From: Octopus vulgaris
Taxonomy: Eukaryota
Direction: 5' to 3'
NCBI GenBank assembly: GCA_951406725.2
Contig: OX597823.1
Coordinates: 20,274,001 to 20,338,000 of the forward strand
DNA: 64,000 nucleotides
Shown one piece after another: positions 1 to 13,944 of this stretch. The translations under genes and the position numbers were made by a program. Under the pieces are notes generated by a model. It was not told where the DNA came from. It saw nothing but the letters and a program-made list of their open reading frames with translations, and did not search any database. Every line of letters begins with the position of its first letter. Position 1 is the stretch's first letter.

Positions 1-76
1 TGTATATACATATATATACATACATATACATATATACATATATATATATGTATATATAGATATATGTATGTGTATA

Positions 77-115
<39 letters not shown>

Positions 116-138
116 ATATATGTATATACATATATACG

Positions 139-180
<42 letters not shown>

Positions 181-243
181 TATATACATGTATATATGTA
201 TATATATTCATATACATACATATATGTATATATAAATAAACAA

Positions 244-290
<47 letters not shown>

Positions 291-337
291 TACACACACG
301 AGCACATATACATACATACATACATACATACATACAG

Positions 338-378
<41 letters not shown>

Positions 379-849
379 AATAAAATATAGTGCACACTGA
401 ACGCTTATATGTGACATTGGTAAAGGTCATTTATAATCATCTATATACATTAATATAGATGTATAAATACAACTTACACATTTATAGGGAGGTTTGCCAA
501 ACAAAAACAAGATGTGTGTGTGTGTGCGTGGGACACAGCGAATAGCTGTAGGTCTGCTAGATCAGATAAAAACAAATAAAAGGACGGTTAGACACAACCC
601 AAGTTGATGGCAATAGCAGCAAAGAGGCGGGTCTTCGATTTTGCGGCTTATGGCAAAAACAGAATGACACGCCTGGCTAGTGAAGTAACTCGAAACACAT
701 ACATGCACGTGTGTGTGCGTATACATACATACATATACATATATATATTTATATATATATATACACACACATATATTTATATATATATATACACACACAT
801 ATATATATGTATACACACACACACGCACACACACACACACCACACACAT

Positions 850-899
<50 letters not shown>

Positions 900-910
900 A
901 CATACACACA
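1..910. repeat. Compound (TA)n/(CA)n/(TACA)n microsatellites interrupted by a short non-repetitive segment (~376-697)
   Basis: Visible di- and tetranucleotide runs; the YI/HT-rich ORFs here are artefacts. Confidence 0.95.
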
Positions 911-1421
911 TATTGTATAAAGTTAGACAATGGCGACTAATGAACATCAAGGTCAATAAACCCCGAAAAGAACCATCATACCACCTAAGTCCAGCACGTG
1001 CTTCCTAAGGCTACTCACTTTGACGACAGAACTACTGCAGCGATACAACACGCAGTCCGCAGGGAAGGACTCGACATACAGATAGTGCCCACTCCCTTCA
1101 GCTCTTACCTGAAAAAAGCTTTGTCCAAGAACAACACCTCTCACTACTCCGAGGAGTGCACATTACCGAACTGCCCCAAGATTGACCCTGAATTTTGCCA
1201 GAGGACCTATGTTGTATACGAGATCATCTGTAGCAAATGTGGCGCATCCTACATGGAAAGCACAACAAAATGACTGCATATACGCATTAAGGAACACATG
1301 TAGGCAGAAACTTCGCGAAAAAAGATCTACGGAAATGCCAGACCCGGGAATTCACAGTGCACATCAAGGAAACACAGCGGAACAGAAGCAATGTCAGAAT
1401 CTCTGAGCCCATGCTCATGTA

Positions 1422-1904
1422 ACATCCTTCGGTCATGAATGACCATAGAATTGCACCTAGAAAGTTACCCTAGAAAGTCCGGGCAAGGTTGTTTGTGGAA
1501 GGCCAGCAGTCGCCAATGCACATCAGCCTCCCCTCTCCACGCCACCGATGTTATCCAAGGGAAAGGCAAAGGCTGATACAGCTTGGCACCATTGACGTGC
1601 AAGTGTCTGAGCACTCTATAGACACGTGTATCCCTTAACGTAGTTCTCGAGGAGATTCAGTGTGACACAGAGTGTGACAAGGCCGGCCCTTTGAAATACA
1701 GGTACAACAGAAACAGGAAGAAAGAGTGAGAGAAAGTTGTGGTGAAAGAGTACAGCAGGGTTCACCACCACCCCCTGCCGTAGCCTCGTGGAGCTTAAGG
1801 TGTTTTCGCTCAATAAACACTCACAATACCCGGTCTGGGAATCGAAACTGCGATCCTACAACCACGAGTCCGCTGCCCTAACCACTGGGCCATTGCACCA
1901 CCAC
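1422..1904 (-). mobile_element. Chimeric tRNA-derived SINE (family A head/body plus family D tail) with TSD
   Basis: ~1900-1592 matches the SINEs at 25143/29832/38191; ~1591-1425 matches the 3' half of the SINE at 26780-27110; TSD ag(c/g)ccatgctcat(g/a)ta at 1406-1421 and 1905-1920. Confidence 0.85.
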
Positions 1905-2048
1905 AGGCCATGCTCATATACTAAAAGAAACCTACGACCAACAAGAGAAGAGAGTTACAGGAAGCTACCTGGTTGCTATAGCAACACCTTTCTGCGCATG
2001 TCTACTCCACACACGCTCACACATACGTACATCGGCAACATTTATTAA

Positions 2049-2086
2049 TTTCTTAAAAACGAGGTTATGACCCCGAAATATTGAAT
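2049..2086 (+). ncRNA. Degenerate minimal hammerhead ribozyme in the PLE 3' repeat (U3:A8-type)
   Basis: tttc-TTAAAAA-c-gaggt(tatg)acccc-GAAA-T-ATT-gaat; G5 mutated; the sister copy at 18599-18631 keeps TGAAAA. Confidence 0.45.
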
Positions 2087-2259
2087 ACAAAGTAAGTATG
2101 CATTCATTAATATATTTGTTTTTTTTTGGAGATTTGCCTTGCATTTACTTTGCATAGTTCTGGCCTTACCCACAATCCTTTATACAATACATTCTACATA
2201 ATGCTTCATAGTAATTATTCCATTATAATACATACATATATATATACATATATACATGC

Positions 2260-2290
<31 letters not shown>

Positions 2291-2301
2291 CATATACATG
2301 C

Positions 2302-2334
<33 letters not shown>

Positions 2335-2489
2335 CATATACATATGTATATATATATATACATACATATATATACATATATATATGCATACATATATATA
2401 TATATACATATATATGTATACATACATATATACATACATACATACATACATACATATATGTATGCATGTATATTTTAAAAAAAATCTTT

Positions 2490-3139
<650 letters not shown>

Positions 3140-3176
3140 ATGTGTAACCGAGGAGCAGGAGTGGCTGTGTGGTAAG

Positions 3177-3210
<34 letters not shown>

Positions 3211-3211
3211 T

Positions 3212-3515
3212 GTATAAATTGAGAAATGGAGTTAAACGCTGGTCGTGTTCAAATCTTTACACTTCTGACATATGTTCCGAAGAAAACATTGGTATTATTC
3301 TTAAGGGAATAAAATGGTGTAAAACAATGTAATCATCTTGTCGGTTAAAATGGCTTATTGAGGTGTTTTATGTTTCTTTTTTCCGCGACGAGATGATTAC
3401 ATTGTTCTACACCATTTTATTTCTTCGAGCTTAATACCAATGTTTTCTTCGAAATATGTCTGAAGTATAAAGATTTGAATAACACCTGCGTTTAACTCCA
3501 TTTCTTAATTTATCT
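3212..3515. repeat. ~135-bp imperfect inverted repeat (3212-3345 vs 3385-3515) abutting (TA)n
   Basis: ataaattgagaaatggagttaaacgc...aatcatcttgtcg pairs with cgacgagatgatt...gcgtttaactccatttcttaatttat. Confidence 0.85.
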
Positions 3516-3674
3516 ATGTTATTCCAAAAACATTTCACTAAACCCTGAACTTCTACCTTTATAAGTAGGCTGTAACACCCTTTGCACTTATGTGAATTTT
3601 TGCTACTCTCGTAACTATCCATTTATCTCTTCCGTGTTATTTGTACACATTGAAAAAATACACATACATTTATA

Positions 3675-3706
<32 letters not shown>

Positions 3707-3710
3707 CTTA

Positions 3711-4023
3711 TAGGCGCAGGAGTGGCTGTGTGGTAAGTAGCTTGCTTACCAACCACATGGTTCCGGGTTCAATCCCACTGCGTGGCATCTTGGGCAAGTG
3801 TCTTCTGCTATAGCCCCGGGCCGACCAATGCCTTGTGAGTGGATTTGGTAGACGGAAACTGAAAGAAGCCTGTCGTATATATGTATATATATATGTATGT
3901 GTGTATATATGTTTGTGTGTCTGTGTTTGTCTCCATAGCATTGCTTGACAACCGATGCTGGTGTGTTTATGTCCCCGTCACTTAGCGGTTCGGCAAAAAG
4001 AGGCCGATAGAATAAGTACTGGG
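3711..4023 (+). mobile_element. SINE family B, 3'-truncated
   Basis: aggcgcaggagtggctgtgtggtaag head with B-box-like ggttcaatccc; body matches other copies up to ataagtactggg. Confidence 0.9.
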
Positions 4024-4112
4024 TTAAACTGCACCGCAAAATGTGGGAGTAGTTAGGAATCTAAATCGAAGGGGACAGACACTCACACAACTACAGTTTT
4101 ATATATATAGAT
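4022..4112 (+). mobile_element. 3' end of a Helentron-like non-autonomous element
   Basis: ggttaaactgcaccgcaaaatgtgggagtagttaggaatctaaatcg...ttttatatatatagat matches 52925-53014. Confidence 0.7.
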
Positions 4113-4123
4113 ATACATATATA

Positions 4124-4740
4124 TGTACTATGCTAGGGTATTGACCACTGGCACAAGAGCACGATGACGATCTCATGCTCATATTCGCGGCGAACTGGCA
4201 GAATCGTTAGCAAGCCGGGCGAAATGCGTAGCCGTATTTCGTCTGCCGTTACGTTCTGAGTTCAAATTCCGCCGAGGTCGACTTTGCCTTTCATCCTTTC
4301 GGGGTCGATAAATTAAGTACCAGTCACGCACTGGGGTCGATGTAATCGACTTAATCCGTTTGGCTGTCCTTGTTTGTTCCCTCTGTGTTTAGCCCCTTGT
4401 GGGTAATAAAGAAACAGATCTCATCCTCATATTCGCTTCAAGGAGAGAGATGAAATCAATAGATGCGGACGCAAGAGAGATATGAATCAATAGATCTGGA
4501 TGCCCAGCGATGGGAGGAAGTCGTAAATAATCGCTGATGCTGGGGATAAATGCTTAGCAGTGGGACGGAGTGTGGGGAAGAGAAACTAGAACTTGCTGCC
4601 AAAGAAAAGCTACTTCGAAGAAAGGAAAAGTGAGTATCGTCTGTTGAGGGCTTCTTCGAATGCTGTCGCTGTATTCGAGACTGCCACTTCTGTGTTGGCC
4701 TCTGCAGCCATAGCAGATGCTAGACCAACCTCAGCAGAGC
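4124..4740 (+). mobile_element. RTE-clade LINE 3' fragment (ORF C-terminus), interrupted by a SINE
   Basis: SIDLDAQRWEEVVNNR*CW...GEEKLELAAKEKLLRRKEK...FECCRCIRDCHFCVGLCSHSRC resembles the RTE C-terminus with a terminal C2H2-like motif; several stops. Confidence 0.7.
4188..4416 (+). mobile_element. SINE family C (tRNA head plus Meta/MESC-like domain) with ~20-bp TSD
   Basis: gaggtcgactttgcctttcatcctttcggggtcgataaattaagtaccag core; TSD gatctcat(g/c)ctcatattcgc on both sides. Confidence 0.9.
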
Positions 4741-4987
4741 AGGAACATGTTTTGTCAGAACGATGTTAATGTTACTTTCTCTGGGAAGATGTCTCTTCTT
4801 TCATGTTTACTTGCATCTCTCAATATAATACTGGGTACAAAATAGGGACAGAGTAATGTAGATTATATATATATATATTTAGAGAAGGAGATGAGGTAAA
4901 AAAGCAAGCTGACGTTGTGTGAGGGAGAGACAGAGATAAAGAAAGTAAGAGATTGATAGATAGTGTGTGTGTGTGTGTGTGTTGTGT

Positions 4988-5057
<70 letters not shown>

Positions 5058-5547
5058 ATTCCCCAATGTCTCGCTCTAAGCCGGATATTAAGCTAGTATA
5101 TCTGATATTTAATTAATTATCAGTTAAACTTTCCAGCTTTGCCACGATTTTATTCGAAATGACAACGTTTCTAGAATCTCACACTCAACCACCAAAAGTC
5201 TAAGCCTTATATAAAAAGGCTCCATTTAGATTCGTATATCTTTGTCTTGGTCTTCTTTCTTGGAATGTTCTTTAGCGGTCGGTCGCAGTTGCTGGTGTCC
5301 GCTTTGAAGCTCTTCACGAACCGCTGCTGACAAAAATCAGAAGCGATCTTGTGTCTATTATAAAATTTGCAGTTTAATGTTCTGTTGGTTTCATCTATTA
5401 CGGAAAGTATATTCTCTGAATCAGGACAGTCCCAATAAACCTATTCTATTGTGTATCAATGAAGAATATTTTGGTATTACTTTCTTTAGACTCTTTGTTT
5501 CAAGTATTTTGCTGTGTATATTTTTCGCAAAAAAAAAAATCACCTTA

Positions 5548-5952
5548 CAGGAGTGGCTGTGTGGTAAGTAACTTGCTAACCAACCACATAGTTCCGGGTT
5601 CAGTCCCACTGCGTGGCATCTTGGGCAAGTGTCTTCTGCTATAGCCCCGGGCCGACCAATGCCTTGTGAGTGGATTTGGTAGACGGAAACTGAAAGAAGC
5701 CTGTCGTATATATGTATATATATATGTGTGTATGTTTGTGTGTCTGTGTTTGTTCCCCTAGCATTACTTGACAACCGATGCTGGTGTGTTTACGTCCCCG
5801 TAACTTAGCGGTTCGGCAAAAGAGACCGATAGAATAAGTACTGGGCTTACAAAGAATAAGTCCCGGGGTCGATTTGCTCGACTAAAGGCGGTGCTCCAGC
5901 ATGGCCGCAGTCAAATGACTGAAACAAGTAAAAGAGTAAAAGAGTAAAAGAG
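5548..5952 (+). mobile_element. SINE family B, near full length
   Basis: tRNA-like head, internal (TA)(TG) tract, (GTAAAAGA)n tail. Confidence 0.95.
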
Positions 5953-7211
5953 AGATACTCTGGTAAGGCCTTGTCAGTTTTCTTTTGAGTTCCAGACAAG
6001 TTTCCCTAGCGCAGAACATGTACGTTTCGGAAATAACAACGTATGACCAAGTGAATGCATAAACTATATTGGTTTAAAACTTTGTCGTTAGCTTACGACT
6101 TTTTCTGGATAGATCGTTATTTGTTGTGGGTTGCGAAATAATACAAGTCATAGTGTGGAATGTAATGATATAGACGAACGTTTAAAAAAATATACAAATA
6201 ACCAAGGCAAAGACAAAAAGAAAAAAAAACCCCAGAAAGAACAAATGTACTTTAATTTTTGAATATATTGTAAACCTAATCTGTGTTAAGTCTGGTGCAT
6301 TTTACACTTGTAAATGTAAATTCGTAAATTAACTTTTGTTTTCTAGTTTTCTTGAATATTTTTAATCACATTTTTTAAAATTGGTAACTCATTTATTAGT
6401 ATTTGTTTTTGCTTTGTTTCTGCACGCAATCCTATAAAATCTATTATTTATTTAATAAGTGATGGGGTCGGCGTGGTTGTTATTTATTTCATGGGCGAAA
6501 TCTCTTATGGTTTTTGCCAAGAAGCTTGATAATGTATTCATTGCTAATTAGATTTGTTGTAATCCGTGTTACTGCAGTGCTTGAGGCTATATTACGGACA
6601 GAATGCTATACATTTTATACTTTATTATATTTATAGAAACATTAATTTTCTGTATTTAAATACATTCTCATACTCTAGACTAACGTGGCGTTTTTATTAT
6701 CTTTAAATGAGATATTAACACCGAGCAATTTAATTTTAATTTCTTTCTACTTCATTAGTGGATTCTTGTACAGAGTTGTTTACAAACTAATAATTTATTT
6801 AAATGCTTAATGCCTTTAAATGCCACTTATAAGTTAAAACGATTCTACAATAAATATATTTAAAGTTAATGAGAGACGACTTGTAGTTTGTTATTTTACC
6901 GACAACGAAGTGGGGAAAATGGCGGGGAACAGAACTTAGAAGTTGGAAACTAAATACCACTAGCTATTTTGTCTAACACTCTACTTTCTCTTCTGAATAA
7001 ATTCATGAAAAATAATGACTGTGATAACTGCTTCTCTCAGAAACAGAAAACCATTTCTTTTATTGACAGTAAGGCCCAACACAGTTTAGCACTAAGAATT
7101 AAAAACAGTAACTAGCAAAGATACAAAGCGCAGAGCTGCACATTGGGAAAAAAAAAAACAACAAAACAAAAACAAAACGGAATATAAAACAAAACAAAAT
7201 TGTACTGAAGA

Positions 7212-7212
7212 A

Positions 7213-7262
<50 letters not shown>

Positions 7263-7295
7263 AATAGTAATAATAATAATAATAATGATAATAAT

Positions 7296-7348
<53 letters not shown>
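7212..7348. repeat. (ATG)n followed by (TAA)n
   Basis: Direct inspection. Confidence 0.95.
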
Positions 7349-7351
<3 letters not shown>

Positions 7352-7627
7352 CGAAAAGTCACTGGAAAAAGGATATATGTATTTGCATTGGGACCCTTCC
7401 ATCGAATACCGGTGATTGTCGTGCGCTGATGACGGGTCAATACCCAGAAACTGCAGTTCGTGCGTATCACTTAGGTTGATGAGGGAAGGATGACCTCCCT
7501 TTGCAAATACCGAAGTGCACAGAAAGTGTGTCAATAGCCAGCTGGAGAAGATGTTCTCCTGGGGTTACAAGCTACAGTAACATCCACCCTTAGTGGTTAG
7601 CCATATTTAGATGGCAAATATACTTCA
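7349..7627 (+). mobile_element. Short non-coding element embedded in (TAA)n and carrying an HHR (possible R4/Dong-associated 5' region or non-autonomous partner)
   Basis: TAA runs on both sides; its 3' part recurs at 58983-59087 and, antisense, at 52703-52753. Confidence 0.65.
7411..7471 (+). ncRNA. Type I hammerhead ribozyme (minimal, palindromic stem III)
   Basis: cgtgcg-CTGATGA(7426-32)-c-gggt(caat)accc-a-GAAA-C-tgca-GTT-cgtgcg; stem I extends via gtgat/atcac; C.A mismatch at the base of stem II. Confidence 0.7.
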
Positions 7628-7636
7628 ATAATAATA

Positions 7637-8530
<894 letters not shown>

Positions 8531-8535
8531 TAATG

Positions 8536-8581
<46 letters not shown>

Positions 8582-9155
8582 TTGAATAATTGGGTTTTTT
8601 TCTACTCTAGGCACAAATCACGAAATTTCTCTCGGCTCGCCGCCTACATTTCGTACTCATAATAACTCCTTTATTGCTGCCACAAGCTCTGCGAGAGAGG
8701 CACTGTAAAAGATCAAATTACAAAGTCGGTGGTCGTTTTCGGAATGATGTATGAGAAAAGAAACATGAAAATCCAACAGTTTAACAGCCAATAAAAGAAA
8801 TGAAAGAACAAAAAAAAACACGTTTTAATTAATGAAGCTCAATTAAGGCCAGGGATCTGAGGATCCCGAATTAGTCTTACATGCAAAAAGGAAGTGTTCT
8901 CTACTAGTATAGGAATCTATATTGAAAGTATATTCAGTCATACTGTGAATACATGCAACTTCCGCTCACCATTCAGCCGATATACTGGAAACTGCTATCT
9001 TCCTCTTCTGTCCGACATTTCACTTTAAGTGATATTTGATGAAATTGATGAGGTTTTTAAGGAGGTATTTTCTCGAGAATAATGTGTATGTCTTTAGTTC
9101 TTAAAATATTGTTCTCCACTCTACTCCTTTTGCCAGAGCCGCCACAGAGAGATAA

Positions 9156-9208
<53 letters not shown>

Positions 9209-9416
9209 CAATTCTCGATTGAAGGAAGGTAGCAGCCATGGGATCTGGCCGAAAATCGCATTCTTTACTCCTGTGCAAGCAGCTGTTCGTAACAAATACG
9301 TGTGTCAGCAGCCAAATATATATTCTTATATGAGAAAGGGAAAAGGCAGACTCTCCAATCTGGTTAGATGAGAATCGGGGCAGGGAAAGACGGCTTGGCT
9401 GTAATATCTAAAGCAG

Positions 9417-9992
9417 CGAGCTGGAATCGTTAGCACGCCGGGCGAAATGCGTAGCCGTATTTCGTCTGCCGTTACGTTCTGAGTTCAAATTCTGCCGAGG
9501 TCGACTTTGCCTTTCATCCTTTCGGGGTCGATAAATTAAGTACCAGTTACGCACTGGGGTCGATGTAATCGACTTAATCCGTTTGTCTGTCCTTGTTTGT
9601 CCCCTCTGTGTTTATCCCCTTGTGGGTAGTAAAGAAATAGGTATTTCGTCTGTCTTTACGTTCTGGGTTCAAATTCCGCCGAGGCCGACTTTGCCTTTCA
9701 TCCTTTCGGGATCGATAAATTAAGTACCAGTTACGCACTGGGGTCGATGTAATCGACTTAATCCGTTTGTCTGTCCTTGTTTGTCACCTCTGTGTTTAGC
9801 TCCTTGTGGGTAGTAAAGAAATAGGTATTTCGTATGTCTTTACCTTCTGGGTTCAAATTCCGCCGAGGTCGACCTTGCTTTTCATCCTTTCGGGGTCGAT
9901 AAATTAAGTACCAGTTGCATAGTAGGGTCGATCTAATCGACTGTCCCCCCTCCCCCAAAATTTCGGGCCTTGTGCCTGGAGTAGAAAAGAAT
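9417..9992 (+). mobile_element. Trimeric tandem SINE family C (X-X-Y tails, ~185-bp period)
   Basis: Units restart at gtatttcgt (9641, ~9825); the last unit has the alternative ccccaaaatttcgggccttgtgcc..gtagaaaagaat tail. Confidence 0.9.
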
Positions 9993-10261
9993 ATCCAAAG
10001 GAAACGATGGATGTGTTTTCCACCAAAATCCTTGGTCAAAATCTTCTATTCTGTATTTAGCAGAGTTATGGACCGCAAGTTATCAATTATCAATGGCATC
10101 TCAATTGTTCAGGTCCTTCTTCAGTAGCACCGCGACTCCCCGAATCATAAAACTATCAAGGGTCTCTAAATCAATGAACAAACAGCAAACTTACGGACGA
10201 CATTCAAGTCGTATTTCCTGTAGAGATACAACAATAACAACTACAGCAACAATTGTTTTGT

Positions 10262-10508
10262 TTGTTTCTTCTCGAGCTCATAAGGGCCGGTTTGCCGGTC
10301 CGTCGCAGGTGAGCTGCAAGATGCAGTAGGAAAGAGTGAGAGAAAGTTGTAGCAAAAGAGTCAGCAGAAGTTCGCCATTACCTTCTATCGGAGCCACGTG
10401 GAGCTTAGGTGTTTCACTCATAAACACACACATCGCCGGTCTGAGATTCGAACCCGCGATCCCTCGACCGCGAGTCCGCTGCTCTAACCACTAGACCACA
10501 TGCCTCCA
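10262..10508 (-). mobile_element. SINE with family A-like head and alternative tail (family E)
   Basis: Matches 24325-24576; tRNA-like gtggttagagcagcggactcgcggtcgagggatcgcgggttcgaatc. Confidence 0.85.
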
Positions 10509-10759
10509 CGCAGCAACAATAACAAAGACGATACGAATAATCGTTTCCAATAGAACCACAAGAAATTTTGGGGTGGGGAATAATCGATTGCCTTGATCCC
10601 CTTCTTGGCTGGTACTTTACTTTATCGACCCTGAACGGATAAAAAGCAGAACTGACAGTTGGGATTTGAAACCAAATAGTAACGAACTTGAACAAATATC
10701 GCAAGGCGTTTTGTCCAATCTTCTAACGAAAATCCACGTTGCTAATAAAAAGGATTTCT

Positions 10760-10773
10760 TCTACTACTACTCC

Positions 10774-10809
<36 letters not shown>

Positions 10810-10939
10810 CACAACCACCACCACCACCACTACTACTGCTACTGCTGCTACTACTACTACTACTACTTCTACTACCACTACTACTGCTGCTACTTCTCCT
10901 TCTCCTCCACCCCTCCTCCTCCTCCTCCTACTGCTGCTG

Positions 10940-11014
<75 letters not shown>

Positions 11015-11466
11015 ATGATAGCGGTTCTGAGTTAGGCAAAAAGTTTGCAGCTTTGAGAGGAGAGGGAGTAGTCTGTACCCTCAACGGTTACTTTCATTTG
11101 TCAACGTCGAGAGGTTTGAACTCAGATTGCAAAGAGCCGGAACGAGTGCTGCAAAGCATTTCGTCCGATACTCAAACAATTCCGCCAATTCTTCGTCTTG
11201 AATCCTACTCATAATGATGTTATTAATAATATGATGATTATAATGATGATAATGGGGATGAGACGACGAGAATGATGATGATGATGATGATGATGACGAC
11301 GATGATGGTGATGACATTGATGATGACGATGATGATGATTATGATGATGATGAAGATGAAGATAACGACGAGAATGATGATGATAATGATGATGACGACG
11401 ATGATGACGATGATGATTATGACGACGATGATGGTGATGACAATGACGATAATGGGGATGATGATA

Positions 11467-11509
<43 letters not shown>

Positions 11510-11584
11510 AGATGATGGTGGAGCTGACAGTGATGATTGTGGTGACGATAATGAGAATGACAATGACGATGGTAATGATGATGG

Positions 11585-11634
<50 letters not shown>

Positions 11635-11647
11635 GTGATGATAATGG

Positions 11648-11702
<55 letters not shown>

Positions 11703-11740
11703 AATGATGATGGTGATAATAATGGTGATGATGGTGGTGG

Positions 11741-11775
<35 letters not shown>

Positions 11776-11797
11776 GTGATGATAATGGTGATAATGG

Positions 11798-11833
<36 letters not shown>

Positions 11834-11857
11834 CGATGGTGATGGTGATGGTGATGG

Positions 11858-11890
<33 letters not shown>

Positions 11891-11920
11891 CGGTGATGAT
11901 GGTGATGGTAATGGTGATGG

Positions 11921-11969
<49 letters not shown>

Positions 11970-12030
11970 AATGATGATGGTGATAATAATGGTGATGATG
12001 GTGGTGGTGATGATGATGGTGACGAGATGA
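10760..12030. repeat. Compound trinucleotide arrays (CTA/CAC/CTC; then GAT/GAC/GGT with higher-order repeats) around a degenerate family C SINE (~11025-11200)
   Basis: Direct inspection; poly-M/poly-S ORFs are artefacts. Confidence 0.9.
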
Positions 12031-12214
12031 CTACGGTGATGATGAAGTGACTGAGGAACAAGGTGTGTCTTTAGAAATCAGTTTTTATCGTCACTACAAT
12101 TACACCATCGAAAATGTTCTTCTTGTGTTCTACACTGATTTATTGTTTGTTTAACAAGAACATTTCCAAACTAGTCTAGTTTATTTCTCGTTAAGCAATA
12201 ACAATATACATACA

Positions 12215-12393
<179 letters not shown>

Positions 12394-12473
12394 GCACATT
12401 AGCAAAGCCAACCAACGATTTCTCTACACGCATCATGGCATCATGGCATTAAGAAAGAGAGCGAGAGTCAGAG

Positions 12474-12519
<46 letters not shown>

Positions 12520-13109
12520 TTAGAAAGAGAGATGAAGAAGGAGAAAGAGAGAGAGGGAGAAAGATGGGAAGAGAGTGAAGCCCCCCACCCTCAAACAACA
12601 AACCAACAAACCGTCAAGAAAAACACGAATAAAAACCAAAACGCAAATCTTGTTTAACAAGACATTTTCCGCTTCTCTAGCGTAGTTAGGTCTTTCAACA
12701 TATTCCTGTATAAACATAGCCGAAGCTGTCACTATACAGACAATTCTAGTTTTAAACACGCTGTTATTTCTTCCTCCACTGAATAGATGTGAATAAATAG
12801 GTATTTACTGTGCTTCTTTTTCTTCTCTTTCTTCACTAGCTCAAACTATTACAATTTCGTTTTGTTTCTCATCTTTTTTTTCCTTTACATAAACACATAC
12901 ATACATATATACATAAATATACTTACGTTTTCTCTCTCTCTCTCTCTCCAATACAGCAATGTCTGAAATTTACGTAGCAGATCCCAGCGGGTAAATAAAT
13001 AGATTCGCTTATAATTTTATAGATTTATCACAGATATAGACGCGACAATTGTCTACATTTAAGACTGTATATTACAAGCAAATATAAGATAGAGAGATTA
13101 AAGAGTGAA

Positions 13110-13202
<93 letters not shown>

Positions 13203-13269
13203 AAATTTGTATGATACATATATATATATTTCTGAAATATATATACATATATATAAATACATACATACA

Positions 13270-13309
<40 letters not shown>

Positions 13310-13430
13310 CACACACACATATATATAGGTGCGTGTATATGTGTTTAAATCTGTATATGATATATATATATACATACATACACACATACATACATACATA
13401 CATACATACATACATACATACATACATACA

Positions 13431-13462
<32 letters not shown>

Positions 13463-13494
13463 CACATATATATAGGTGTGTGTATATGTGTTTA

Positions 13495-13529
<35 letters not shown>

Positions 13530-13944
13530 ATCTACAGAATAGAAATACACATACAAATATATATATATTTCATAGGTATATCTACTAGAGAATCAAGCAG
13601 ATGCCATCACATACATATGACAATGATTTTGGCTTGAGAGAAATTGTCAAGTTATTTTCCTCGGGTGTTTCGACCCCTAATTACAACGTCGTCTAGTCTA
13701 CGTCTCGACAATGATGGCCAGTCACAGCTTATCTTTTCGTCTCTTCCAGTTCGATTCCTCTCGCTTGTTCTAGAATCAGGAGGTCACATTTCCCAATACT
13801 CTCTCAAGCTGTCATTCTTCCTCGTTCTTCCCGCGACTCTCAAACATGTTAACACGCGAGGATGCCGCCATCTCTGGGCACACAATGTTACCAACTTACC
13901 TCTAGACTCCTTTTTGGTTACTATTGTATTATGATGGACTCATA

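Larger units (their letters stand above)
915..2228 (+). mobile_element. 5'-truncated Penelope-like retroelement: linker, GIY-YIG endonuclease and 3' UTR/pLTR; inactivated and split by a SINE
   Basis: CTLPNCPKIDPEFCQRTYVVYEIICSKCGASYMESTTK*LHIRIKEH is a Cys-rich linker plus GIY-YIG motif. After a frameshift and removal of 1422-1904 it reads FTVHIKETQRNRSNVRISEAMLIY*KKPTTNKRRELQEATWLL* (stop 1979-1981), the PLE EAxxI..PxxN motif. Flanked by TA/CA microsatellites; 3' part recurs inverted at ~18468-18631. Confidence 0.85.

Noticed and set aside
670-700. ctagtgaagtaactcgaaac as an HHR core
   Set aside because: Core mismatched and no convincing stems I or III
1271-1273. In-frame TGA in the PLE GIY-YIG as possible selenocysteine (some Naiad PLEs are selenoproteins)
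   Set aside because: It aligns with a usual Arg-type position (TTK-R-LHIR) rather than Cys, so CGA>TGA is simpler; the copy has other stops and frameshifts
8660-9410. Possible CR1/L2-like LINE 3' relic on the minus strand
   Set aside because: Motifs too decayed to support by eye
13620-13920. Possible RTE-like C-terminus on the minus strand
   Set aside because: Only vague resemblance; needs a profile search
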